Part shown: positions 26,813-34,678 of the stretch, one piece after another
How the letters are laid out: every line of letters begins with the position of its first letter
Position numbering within the stretch: position 1 is the stretch's first letter
IMG/VR virus record: IMGVR_UViG_3300029145_000016
Coordinates: 1 to 37,246 of that record
DNA length: 37,246 bases
Direction: 5' to 3' (one strand)
Source: a virus
Lineage: Duplodnaviria; Caudoviricetes
Program-made: the position numbers and the translations under genes
The notes under the pieces: generated by a model
Told to the model about the DNA's origin: nothing
The model's input: the letters and a program-made list of their open reading frames with translations, nothing else
Database searches by the model: none

Positions 26813-27027
26813 GCCGCCACGTCCTGAAGCGTCGCGATGTAAGCCCATCCGTCATCCAGCATCGCGCCAATGTCGGAGTGCGAAATCGTGTTGTTGTGGT
26901 CGGTCCAGATGTTCAGGTAGTTGAACCCCGGCCCCATGCGCAGCCACACGTCGCCGGACGGATAGCCCACTGCGATGACGTTGGCCTTCATGGCTTCCAG
27001 TGCCTCATGGATTTCATCGGTGGTCAT
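26809..27027 (-). CDS. Hypothetical early protein
   Basis: GAGG RBS before ATG 27027. Confidence 0.65.
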   Translation of the reverse strand: MTTDEIHEALEAMKANVIAVGYPSGDVWLRMGPGFNYLNIWTDHNNTISHSDIGAMLDDGWAYIATLQDVAA

Positions 27028-27051
27028 GTCGTTACCTCTGACAGTTCGGGC

Positions 27052-27127
27052 GACGGGGTGGGGAAAAGGAGAAAAACCCACCCCGTCAACGGAACGGTCA
27101 CGCGAGGGGGGAGGAGGGCCGTTCCGT
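27052..27127 (-). ncRNA. Tandem hairpins with anti-Shine-Dalgarno loops (cuckoo-like RNA candidate)
   Basis: Stem 27089-27097/27119-27127 encloses CCUCCUCCC. Stem 27052-27062/27077-27087 encloses UUUUUCUCCUUUUC. Confidence 0.45.
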
Positions 27128-27517
27128 ATTCGCTGCGTCGTGGCGTGCGACGGTTTCGTTGATGGCGCGGAGGTGCTGGCGGTTCAGGTAGACGCAGTTG
27201 CCCGGAGCGCCGTAGCAGATGGACAGGTCGCCGCCTTCATCGGTGATCTTGATCGCAATGACGCCATCATCATCGTGGATTGCTGCGGTTGTTTCCCGGC
27301 GCGTCTCGAAGGACTTCAGCACACTCTCCGGCGTGTCGTGGCGCTCGATGCGTTCCCAGCGGTTGCAACAGATGGGGTCGGTCCAGAGGAAATAGCGGTT
27401 GATCGAGCCATCACACAGCACGCTAAATCCCAAGCCATCTTCCTCAATAACCTCATACTCCCGCCCATCGGTCAGCCAATCGACCTTGGGGCCATGACAT
27501 TTTGCGTAGACGGTCAT
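27098..27517 (-). CDS. Hypothetical early protein
   Basis: ATGA overlap with the upstream gene at 27514-27517. Confidence 0.65.
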   Translation of the reverse strand: MTVYAKCHGPKVDWLTDGREYEVIEEDGLGFSVLCDGSINRYFLWTDPICCNRWERIERHDTPESVLKSFETRRETTAAIHDDDGVIAIKITDEGGDLSICYGAPGNCVYLNRQHLRAINETVARHDAANTERPSSPLA

Positions 27518-27735
27518 GACGTCGCATCCATAAATGTTTTGGCGACGTACCAGCGCCTTGGCTGACATGGGCGCTTCCATCCGGGCTCGGTCTTTCCGAA
27601 CACCTCGCGTCCTGCCCGCTGTGTGTACCAAGTGGTACGTTCTGGGTGCTCCGGATATGGCATCGGATCGCGGGCCGCCCAAAGAGCTACGGCAGCATAA
27701 AACTCATCCTGCCCAAGTTCGACAAACTCCATCAC
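27514..27735 (-). CDS. Hypothetical early protein
   Basis: Coupled at both ends; GGAGG RBS. Confidence 0.65.
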   Translation of the reverse strand: MMEFVELGQDEFYAAVALWAARDPMPYPEHPERTTWYTQRAGREVFGKTEPGWKRPCQPRRWYVAKTFMDATS

Positions 27736-28010
27736 TGCCTCCCGCGAATGTCGATGGTGTCGGAACGCTGCCGGGCGTGGATAACCCCGGCGGCGAAGTC
27801 GTTCAGGTCCGTCTCAAGCGAGTTGATTGCGCGAAAAAACGCATCGCCCGCCGCCTGTGCGACCACGTCGCAGAAGGCGTCCTTTTCCGCGTCGGTCAGG
27901 TCGGCCTTGCTGCGGATCGGAAAGCAGCAGTGCTTCACCAGCGCGTTACGTTCGGCCTTGAGCCGGTCAATCTCGCGCTGCCATTCGTCGGGGTCAAAGT
28001 AGTCGTCCAT
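27732..28010 (-). CDS. First gene of the leftward early operon, hypothetical
   Basis: GGAG RBS downstream of PL. Confidence 0.7.
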   Translation of the reverse strand: MDDYFDPDEWQREIDRLKAERNALVKHCCFPIRSKADLTDAEKDAFCDVVAQAAGDAFFRAINSLETDLNDFAAGVIHARQRSDTIDIRGRQ

Positions 28011-28036
28011 GTGTGTCTCCCATCGCGTTGATGAGA

Positions 28037-28092
28037 GGTACAATAAGTACCTTATCGCGGCAGGTCAACACAAAAATGGTACTTTTGGTACT
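28037..28092 (-). promoter_or_regulatory. PL promoter with two operators
   Basis: Minus strand TTGACC (28068-28063)-N17-TATTGT (28045-28040). Operators GGTAC-AATAA-GTACC (28037-28051) and GGTAC-TTTTG-GTACT (28078-28092). Confidence 0.8.
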
Positions 28093-28389
28093 TTAGAACA
28101 GATAAAGTTCCAGCGGCGGGAAAATCCGATGCACGGTTTCGACGGCGCAGGGCGGGTCCCATGGGCCTTCGGGATTGTACTGACCAAACCGCCAGCCGCG
28201 CCCTTGGCGTCCAGTGATGACCTTCAGGGCGTCCGCCAGCTTGGCAAGTGTGTTGCCGCGCGGGTTGTCCACCTCTCCACGGGAATACCGTTGCAGGGCT
28301 TCACGGGTCACGCCCGTCCGCCGTGCCAGTTCAGCGCGTGACAGATCGGCGTCCTTCCGGGCCTTTTCCAATCGCTCCCACCATTCCAT
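28093..28389 (-). CDS. cI: CI-like repressor (XRE HTH), short, with only a remnant of the C-terminal domain
   Basis: ERLEKARKDADLSRAELARRTGVTREALQRYSRGEVDNPRGNTLAKLADALKV HTH; divergent from cro and flanked by operators; 98 aa. Confidence 0.85.
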   Translation of the reverse strand: MEWWERLEKARKDADLSRAELARRTGVTREALQRYSRGEVDNPRGNTLAKLADALKVITGRQGRGWRFGQYNPEGPWDPPCAVETVHRIFPPLELYLF

Positions 28390-28436
28390 TCCGGGAGACT
28401 GATACGACGGCGCGGTACTGTCGCGTGATTTTCCTG

Positions 28437-28466
28437 TTGCAAATGGTACTTTGAGTACCTTATTGT
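28437..28466 (+). promoter_or_regulatory. PR promoter with operator
   Basis: TTGCAA-N18-TATTGT; operator GGTAC-TTTGA-GTACC (28445-28459) lies in the spacer. Confidence 0.75.
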
Positions 28467-28473
28467 GACGCCC

Positions 28474-28671
28474 ATGCGTACCACCAAGCAAATCATCGCC
28501 GCTTCTGGCGGAGCAGATGTTGTCGCGGAGCGCGCCGGGGTTTCGGCCCGCGCCGTTCGCAAGTGGTATCGGACTGGCGTGCCCTATGACCATTGGCCGG
28601 TTCTCGATGCCGAGTATGAGGAAATCAGGCAGGCGTCCATGGCCGCACGCGGCAAGGACGTGGCGGCATGA
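28474..28671 (+). CDS. cro: Cro-like repressor
   Basis: IIAASGGADVVAERAGVSARAVRKW...GVP..HW; divergent from cI. Confidence 0.85.
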   Translation: MRTTKQIIAASGGADVVAERAGVSARAVRKWYRTGVPYDHWPVLDAEYEEIRQASMAARGKDVAA

Positions 28672-29216
28672 ACAAGAACATCTACTTCATCCGCCCCAAG
28701 GCATCTATCGGGCCTATCAAGATCGGGTGTTCTGAGTTTCCCGTTTTCCGGCTTCCCGAATTGGCGCGCTGGTCGCCCGTGGCTCTTGAGATAATCCACA
28801 CAATGCCGGGTTCCTTCGAACTCGAACGCAACATTCATTGCTGCTTGGCGAATAGCCATTCCCATGCCGAATGGTTCAACGCGGACGACCGGGTGCGCGC
28901 CGTCGTTGATGGCCTGTTGGCTGGTCGCGACCTGTCTGAAGTTCTCGACCTTTCGAGGGTTGAAGGGACCATTCGCGGGCGGCGCTGGTCGGCTCAGAAG
29001 TGTGCCGCCAAGGGCGCATTCTATGCGTTCGCCGCCGCTGCACGGCAGGCCGGTTATCGGAGCAACTACACGTACCCGACGCCGCAACTGGCAACGATTT
29101 TCAAAGCGATGGAACGCCGCCCCGCGACCGATGCGGAATTGGCGCTGATTGAGGCGGCAATGGCGGACCCGCTGGGTCATGTCGAAAACCACAATGCGAT
29201 GGAGACAGCCGCATGA
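28668..29216 (+). CDS. GIY-YIG-like (T5orf172/MUG113) domain protein
   Basis: IYFI......IKIGCS..P..RL...ELERNIH......AEWF. Confidence 0.8.
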   Translation: MNKNIYFIRPKASIGPIKIGCSEFPVFRLPELARWSPVALEIIHTMPGSFELERNIHCCLANSHSHAEWFNADDRVRAVVDGLLAGRDLSEVLDLSRVEGTIRGRRWSAQKCAAKGAFYAFAAAARQAGYRSNYTYPTPQLATIFKAMERRPATDAELALIEAAMADPLGHVENHNAMETAA

Positions 29217-29494
29217 ACAAGCAAGTGAACCGCTTCATCGTGTTCCGCGCCGCGCAGGCGTACATGAGCCGCCATCACCGCGCTCCTACCGGGGCTGAGT
29301 TGGAAGCCGCGACCGGCCTTTCCCGGACAACCTGCGTCACACACATGCGAGCGCTGGATGGCGCTGACGGCCTCCGCTTTCGGTTTGAATTCACAAAAGG
29401 ACAACGGCGGGGCGAGGGCATGACCAAGCCGCGTCGCACCCTCTCTGCTCGCGACCCGTGGACCTCACCCGTTGACAGGCTGATGGCATCATGA
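29213..29494 (+). CDS. HTH DNA-binding protein (LexA-type N-terminal-like)
   Basis: APTGAELEAATGLSRTTCVTHMRAL. Confidence 0.6.
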   Translation: MNKQVNRFIVFRAAQAYMSRHHRAPTGAELEAATGLSRTTCVTHMRALDGADGLRFRFEFTKGQRRGEGMTKPRRTLSARDPWTSPVDRLMAS

Positions 29495-29595
29495 TGGGCT
29501 GGCTTCAGGACTGCGGCGGCATGATCGCCCTCATCGCCTTCTGGGCTGTCTGCATGGCTCTGGCGCACGTCGCCGGGCCTCTGTTGGGGGGTTGA
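29491..29595 (+). CDS. 34-aa membrane peptide
   Basis: Read manually: MMGWLQDCGGMIALIAFWAVCMALAHVAGPLLGG. ATGA-coupled and fills the gap. Confidence 0.5.
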   Translation: MMGWLQDCGGMIALIAFWAVCMALAHVAGPLLGG

Positions 29596-29598
29596 TGG

Positions 29599-29946
29599 AT
29601 GAAGTGCACTACCTGTCACAGCGCCCGAAACTTCGTTACTGACAGCCGCGCGACTGACAGCGGCTTGTCCATTCGACGCCGCCGAGAATGCCGGGACTGC
29701 GGCGAGCGGTTCACCACTTGGGAATGCACAACCAATCTTCTCTGGATGCGCCGTGACCTTCTTTCCGCCGCAGCATCCATGTCTGCTGCGCTGGACACCA
29801 TTCGGGAATCGCTCGACCAACTGCGGGCCATAGAACGCGCTCATTTCGAGGGAAGCGCAGATGCGCGCAGCGACCTCACCAATGCTCATCCAGTCATCCA
29901 TGACTTCAAAGTGAATGCAGGGGGAAGCAATGTCAGTGCGGATTGA
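29599..29946 (+). CDS. NrdR-like N-terminal zinc-ribbon protein without ATP cone
   Basis: MKCTTC.....VTDSR......[18 protein letters not shown] matches the NrdR N-terminal signature. Confidence 0.8.
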   Translation: MKCTTCHSARNFVTDSRATDSGLSIRRRRECRDCGERFTTWECTTNLLWMRRDLLSAAASMSAALDTIRESLDQLRAIERAHFEGSADARSDLTNAHPVIHDFKVNAGGSNVSAD

Positions 29947-30196
29947 TGCCGGTTCACACACATTCCGGGACGCCTTCGTTCGCCACTACATCGCGCCGCA
30001 CGGCTATCAGGTGACGCAGATCGCGGAAAACGGATGCCCGCGCAAGGCAATGGCCCTGTCTGCAAAGGCCACGTCCACAAGCGCCGAAGCCATGGCTGAC
30101 GGTGTGATTGACGGAAACGAGATTGACCGCATTCAGGCTGACCATATGGCCGCAGCGCGTGAATGGAACGCCTGCCGCATGGGGAGGTTTGGGTGA
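29930..30196 (+). CDS. Hypothetical protein, possibly a CII-like C-terminal fragment
   Basis: [16 protein letters not shown] motif; purine-rich RBS. Confidence 0.5.
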   Translation: MSVRIDAGSHTFRDAFVRHYIAPHGYQVTQIAENGCPRKAMALSAKATSTSAEAMADGVIDGNEIDRIQADHMAAAREWNACRMGRFG

Positions 30197-30870
30197 GTCG
30201 TGTTGAACACATAGGCGACTGCACGCTGATACTTGGCGACTGCTTGGAAGTGATGCCGACGCTTGGCACGTTCGACGCGGTGGTGACAGACCCGCCGTAT
30301 GGGATTGGCCGCGATGGTCAGAAAAGGACATTCGGGGGCAATGGTGGCAGAAAAGCTTATGATTTTTTGGGGTGGGACACGTCACGCCCCCCCGCCGAAG
30401 CATTTGAGATGATAACATCAATCAGCAAATGGCAGGTCATCTGGGGGGGCAACTACTTCGCTGACATCCTTCCGCCCGCTGCGGGCTGGCTAGTCTGGGA
30501 CAAGGGGCAGCGGATCAATCAGTCTGACGGCGAACTTGCTTACTGCAATCGCGGCGGCGCGCTTCGGATAATTGAACAGAACCGAGTTGCACTTCTGATT
30601 GAAGGCGCTGAACACCCAACACAGAAGCCGATCAGCGTTATGACGCGCAGCGTCAAGCACGTTCCCAGCGCCCAAACCATCCTTGACCCCTTCATGGGCA
30701 GCGGCACCACCGGCGTTGCGTGCGTCAAGATGGGCCGCAAGTTCACCGGCATCGAACTGGAACCAAAATACTTCGACATAGCCTGCAAGCGGATCGAGGA
30801 AGCGTATCGGCAGCCTGACTTTTTCGTTCCCGCCCCAGCCCCGAAGCCAAAGCAGGAGTCGATGCTGTGA
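30193..30870 (+). CDS. DNA methyltransferase (N4-C/N6-A, beta class)
   Basis: GDCL, TDPPYG, WGGNYF, HPTQKP, LDPFMGSGTTG, GIELEPKYF. Confidence 0.95.
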   Translation: MSRVEHIGDCTLILGDCLEVMPTLGTFDAVVTDPPYGIGRDGQKRTFGGNGGRKAYDFLGWDTSRPPAEAFEMITSISKWQVIWGGNYFADILPPAAGWLVWDKGQRINQSDGELAYCNRGGALRIIEQNRVALLIEGAEHPTQKPISVMTRSVKHVPSAQTILDPFMGSGTTGVACVKMGRKFTGIELEPKYFDIACKRIEEAYRQPDFFVPAPAPKPKQESML

Positions 30871-31250
30871 ACCGCCGCTCTACAGCGCGGCAGGGGTGCG
30901 ACGTGGCAGCGTCGATTCATAGCCAGTTCGGCGGCACTGGTCCCCGAAAAGCCGCCGACCTTATCCCGCTCCACCATTTCCTAGCATCAGTTAGCGGTGC
31001 TGATGAGTTGCCCGTCATGCGTGCCAGTGGTGGAAGCGGCCCCGACACGGGGACTATTGGTGCTGGCAATGACGGGAAATCCGGGCGGGCGGGGGCTTCG
31101 GCTTCCGCCCCCTATCCACGGCATGACACCGCAGCGGAGTTTGCCGAATTCATCGCCCATAACCGCCGCGAATTCCTGGCCGAACGTCTACCCAATGAGA
31201 CAGGCCCCGAATGGCTGGCGCGCACAAACAGGGGAGGGCGGTATCTGTGA
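30867..31250 (+). CDS. Hypothetical protein
   Basis: GTGA-coupled at both ends; low-complexity sequence. Confidence 0.45.
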   Translation: MNRRSTARQGCDVAASIHSQFGGTGPRKAADLIPLHHFLASVSGADELPVMRASGGSGPDTGTIGAGNDGKSGRAGASASAPYPRHDTAAEFAEFIAHNRREFLAERLPNETGPEWLARTNRGGRYL

Positions 31251-31591
31251 AGCGGATCTATGAAATCCCCGTTCCCCCGCCCCTGTCTCAGTTGTTCGTC
31301 AACCACAAGGCGCGCGGACGCAAGAAGTCGGAACGCTACAAGACATGGATACGGGCCGCTCAGAACGAAATGCTGGCGCAGCAATGCCGCCCGTTCGAGT
31401 CCCCCTGCATCCTGACCGTCTGCCTCCCCGAAGGGATGCGCGGCGACCTGTCGAACCGGATCAAGGCCCCTGAAGACCTCATGGTCAAATGCGGGGTACT
31501 GCCGGACGATAACACCAAATTCGTGCGGGAGGTGAGGGCGCGTCTCGTTCCCAGGTCACAGCCCTGCACCGTGATCCTGGAGGCAGCATGA
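31247..31591 (+). CDS. rusA: RusA-like Holliday junction resolvase
   Basis: PVPPP...YKTW...RGDLSNRIKAPEDLMVKCGVLPDD. Confidence 0.8.
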   Translation: MKRIYEIPVPPPLSQLFVNHKARGRKKSERYKTWIRAAQNEMLAQQCRPFESPCILTVCLPEGMRGDLSNRIKAPEDLMVKCGVLPDDNTKFVREVRARLVPRSQPCTVILEAA

Positions 31592-31824
31592 CACTGGCAG
31601 AAGTCGCGGCAATGGTCGCCAAGCCCTACGGCGTGAGCGTTGGGGATTTGTGCAGCCCGGACATATCCGGGTCTGTGCGCCGAGCCCGTACAGCTTACTA
31701 CTACTACGCCCGGCGACTGACGGAGCATTCGTGGAAGCAGATCACGCGGTATGTGAACCGAGAAGATCATTCATCGGCGATCCGATCAGTGCGGCGGTTC
31801 CATGAACGGAGGACGCGCGGTTGA
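31588..31824 (+). CDS. Stand-alone DnaA C-terminal (domain IV)-like HTH protein
   Basis: VAKPYGVSVGDLCS......RAR...YYYARRLTEHSWKQI...NREDHSSAIRSVRR. Confidence 0.8.
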   Translation: MTLAEVAAMVAKPYGVSVGDLCSPDISGSVRRARTAYYYYARRLTEHSWKQITRYVNREDHSSAIRSVRRFHERRTRG

Positions 31825-32879
31825 GCGCCCGCCCGTGGTACAAGCGGTTCGGCGCGGACTTCGTGTTCGGAACAATGGGCCTGACGCTGGAAGAGCGCGG
31901 GGCCTACTCCATCATCATCGACCTCATCCATGACAGGGGTAAGCCGATCCCTGACGACGCCCGGTTCATGGCCGGGATTTTGGGCGTCAGCACCCGGAAG
32001 TGGCGGGCCATTCGTGACGCGCTGATTGGGCACGGCAAGATCTACGAAGCGGACGGGTTTTTGAGCAACGAACGCTGCGATGCGGACCTCGCCGAAGCGC
32101 ATGAACAGGCGCGGAAACAGGCTGAAAGTGGCGCGAAAGGTGGCCGAAAACGCGCTGAAAACGCGCTGAACTCGGAACGAAACGAACGCGAATTGCAAAA
32201 AAAACCCAATGAAATCAACGAAAGCGGGCAAGCAACCCTTAAGCCTACCAGAAGCCAGAAGCCAGATAAGAAAGATTTATCCCCCCCTATAGACCCCCCC
32301 AAGAAATCCAAGCCACGAAAGAAGCAGCCGACCCGACTGACCGAAGATTGGGTTTTGCCTGATCGCGGCTGGTCGGATGCCCGGAAGGATGGAATGACCG
32401 ATGCAGAAATTGAACGTGAATCCAGACAGTTTCGCGACTACCACCTCGCTCGCGACAACTGCCGACCAGACTGGGACGCCTCTTGGCGAACATGGGTCCG
32501 AAACTCCAACAAGTTTGGCGGGACGCAACCCCGCACTGGTTCGCAACGCTCAGGTGGTGGACGCGTGTCTCAAACGCTTGAACGCCTCAAGGCGGAAGGC
32601 GACCGCGAACGACTGGACGGCGGAAGATATGAAGCTGCCGGAGATCCTGCGTCCCATCTGGGCGCTGGACGGGGACAAGGCCCGGCTGCGCAAGGCGCTG
32701 TCATTGACCTGTTCCCTGTCGGAAGCGGCGGAAGCTATGCGCGAGCTTGTGGCGATGACGTACATGGCGGCGACGAAGCAGGACGATCCGGAAGACACCA
32801 TCGAACGGTACACGCGACGGCTGACGGAATACCCGCCGCTGGTGGTTTTGGAAGTGGTTTCCGACTGGACGCTGACTGA
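31821..32879 (+). CDS. Replication initiator (DUF1376/YdaU N-terminus)
   Basis: PWYKRFGADF..GTMGLTLEERGAY..IID...IPDD; C-terminal FRDYH....DWDASWRTWVRN. Confidence 0.85.
   Translation: MSARPWYKRFGADFVFGTMGLTLEERGAYSIIIDLIHDRGKPIPDDARFMAGILGVSTRKWRAIRDALIGHGKIYEADGFLSNERCDADLAEAHEQARKQAESGAKGGRKRAENALNSERNERELQKKPNEINESGQATLKPTRSQKPDKKDLSPPIDPPKKSKPRKKQPTRLTEDWVLPDRGWSDARKDGMTDAEIERESRQFRDYHLARDNCRPDWDASWRTWVRNSNKFGGTQPRTGSQRSGGGRVSQTLERLKAEGDRERLDGGRYEAAGDPASHLGAGRGQGPAAQGAVIDLFPVGSGGSYARACGDDVHGGDEAGRSGRHHRTVHATADGIPAAGGFGSGFRLDAD
32146..32300. repeat. Short direct repeats inside the initiator gene (putative origin)
   Basis: GAAAACGCGCT x2 (32146-32167), GAACG units, CCAGAAG x2 plus CCAGATA (32248-32268), A-rich tract. 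Confidence 0.5.
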
Positions 32880-32961
32880 AGAATTTTTCCCCCGCGCATG
32901 GGTTTTGCTGAAGGACCGGCTTGACCTTGTGCGCTCATCGCTGGAGGCGCTGGCGAAATGA
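32629..32961 (+). CDS. Hypothetical replication accessory protein (helicase-loader position); start uncertain
   Basis: YTRRLTEYP...V...W.....FFP motif; overlaps the low-complexity tail of the initiator. Confidence 0.6.
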   Translation: MKLPEILRPIWALDGDKARLRKALSLTCSLSEAAEAMRELVAMTYMAATKQDDPEDTIERYTRRLTEYPPLVVLEVVSDWTLTEEFFPRAWVLLKDRLDLVRSSLEALAK

Positions 32962-33263
32962 CCTGGCAGGTAATCGCAGAGAGGCCCCGTGGCGACGTTG
33001 GCTGGCCCGGCTTGGACAACCTGTTTGCCGCGTACCGCAAGAAGGTGGAAGCGGGCACGCACATCATGTGCACGCGGTACGTTGAGCGGACGAACCCCGA
33101 CACATGGGAACCCGTGATGATCGAGCAGAGGGTGGTGAAGGAATGCGGGGAGCCGCTGGAACCCTGCCACATCTGGAACAAGCCGCAAGCCGTCCCTGAC
33201 TGGCTGCGTTCCGAGAACCGATCCAAAGCAGGCGCGCGGAGGGTGGTGAATGGCAAAGCGTAA
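32958..33263 (+). CDS. Hypothetical protein
   Basis: GGAGG RBS; ATGA coupling. Confidence 0.65.
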   Translation: MTWQVIAERPRGDVGWPGLDNLFAAYRKKVEAGTHIMCTRYVERTNPDTWEPVMIEQRVVKECGEPLEPCHIWNKPQAVPDWLRSENRSKAGARRVVNGKA

Positions 33264-33744
33264 GCCCAAGCCCGAAGGCATAGGCCCGACACCGGAACGC
33301 AGGCGGCACGGCAACGTGATCGTCATACCCGGCCTCACCGGCAAGGCGCATCGCCTCGACCTGCCGGATTATTACGACCTGCTCTACAGGCAACGGAAGA
33401 TCACCCGCGACGAACACGCGGCCCTTGAGACCTTCCACAGCGTCTACCGGCAGGCATACGGCTCAGACTGCCAGATCGCCCGCTATGACAAGGGCATCGG
33501 CGGCGGGCATGGTGGGGGGCAGCAATACGCGCTGATCCGCGTTCGCGAACTTGCGGCGCACATGGATGCGGATGCGGACGGCAAGCCAAGATACGGCTGG
33601 ATTGAGGGCTTGGTCATCGACGGTTACAAGCTGCGCCCGCTTGAACGCAAGATGGGAGTTCGTCATGGATCCGGCCTTGCGGAACTGGTACGGGCAATCC
33701 GGGTGATGACGGACTTCTGGGGGCTGCCGAATGAAGCCCCCTGA
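33250..33744 (+). CDS. Putative late-gene regulator (Q position)
   Basis: GPTPERRRH...LYRQRKIT..EH.A...F; C-terminal helical HTH-like region; upstream of the late promoter. Confidence 0.5.
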   Translation: MAKRKPKPEGIGPTPERRRHGNVIVIPGLTGKAHRLDLPDYYDLLYRQRKITRDEHAALETFHSVYRQAYGSDCQIARYDKGIGGGHGGGQQYALIRVRELAAHMDADADGKPRYGWIEGLVIDGYKLRPLERKMGVRHGSGLAELVRAIRVMTDFWGLPNEAP

Positions 33745-34171
33745 AGAGCTTTTGGAACGCCTCTGGGAGAAGGTGGATATTCGGGGCAAGAACGATTGCT
33801 GGCTCTGGACCGGCTACACCAAGAGCCATGGATACGGCTGGGTGAAGCACAACGGTTCAGGCTATCTTGCCCATCGCGTAGCGTGGTCGTCCCGCTCTGG
33901 TCGGATGCCCGATTTCAGTCATGGCGAAATCATCTGTCATGCTTGCGACACGCCACTGTGCTGCAACCCCAACCACCTTTGGGTTGGCACGCACGCGGAC
34001 AACACCCGGGACATGATGAACAAGGGGCGCAACAAGAAGCTTTGGGCGCTTACAGACGAGCAGGTCAAAGAGGTCCGGCGCCGCAAACGCCTTGGGTTCA
34101 AGACCGGCACAATAGCCCGGGAGTTTGGGGTATCTCCTACGACCATCCTAAAGTCTCTACAAAGGCGTTGA
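33731..34171 (+). CDS. HNH homing endonuclease with C-terminal HTH
   Basis: WEKVD...DCWLWTG...GYG...AHRVAW...ICHACDTPLCCNPNHLWVGTHADNTRDM; IAREFGVSPTTI. Confidence 0.92.
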   Translation: MKPPEELLERLWEKVDIRGKNDCWLWTGYTKSHGYGWVKHNGSGYLAHRVAWSSRSGRMPDFSHGEIICHACDTPLCCNPNHLWVGTHADNTRDMMNKGRNKKLWALTDEQVKEVRRRKRLGFKTGTIAREFGVSPTTILKSLQRR

Positions 34172-34242
34172 CGTCCGGGACCACGAATGCGACACTGACG
34201 CCATCTTGGAATTCGTGCGGGTGGGCTTGGGGGCTTGCCCGC
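34168..34242 (+). promoter_or_regulatory. Putative late promoter followed by a hairpin
   Basis: TTGACG-N17-GACACT with a TG extension; stem GCGGGTGGGC/GCTTGCCCGC at 34217-34242. Confidence 0.5.
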
Positions 34243-34290
34243 TTGGGAACTATCGGGGTGACGTACCAAAACTGAGGACCATTTACTCAA

Positions 34291-34476
34291 GTGCGTGACA
34301 GGCCAGCAGAATCAGAGATCGAAGTGACGCCCGAGATGATGGACGCCGGTGCGGAGTTGCTGTCGGCTTTCGATGGCGGCTATTTCGATGGTACGCACGA
34401 ATATGCGGCCCAGATTTTCTCGGCAATGTGGCGCGCTAAGGAAGCTTCTGGAAAGGCTGGCCGAGTTCCGGGATGA
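34291..34476 (+). CDS. Small hypothetical protein
   Basis: GAGG RBS; EVTPEMMDAG...IFSAM motif. Confidence 0.65.
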   Translation: MRDRPAESEIEVTPEMMDAGAELLSAFDGGYFDGTHEYAAQIFSAMWRAKEASGKAGRVPG

Positions 34477-34678
34477 AAGACTGCATCGCCCGCTTGACGG
34501 CTTGCCCGCTTCTGATTCTGGAGGCTGCGCTGAAGTAACGCCCGGCCCGCCAGAACATCATTCGCCCATCCCCTATCCATCAACCCAGAGAGTAACCGCT
34601 CTAACGGGGATGGGCGTCTCTAACCCCGCAGCGCGCAGCATTCCTCCCGGCTGACCCGAAAACGCCTGCGGTAAACTA

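Noticed and set aside
28390-28593. Longer cI start given in the ORF track
   Set aside because: Runs through PR, the operator and cro; the HTH starts right after ATG 28389.
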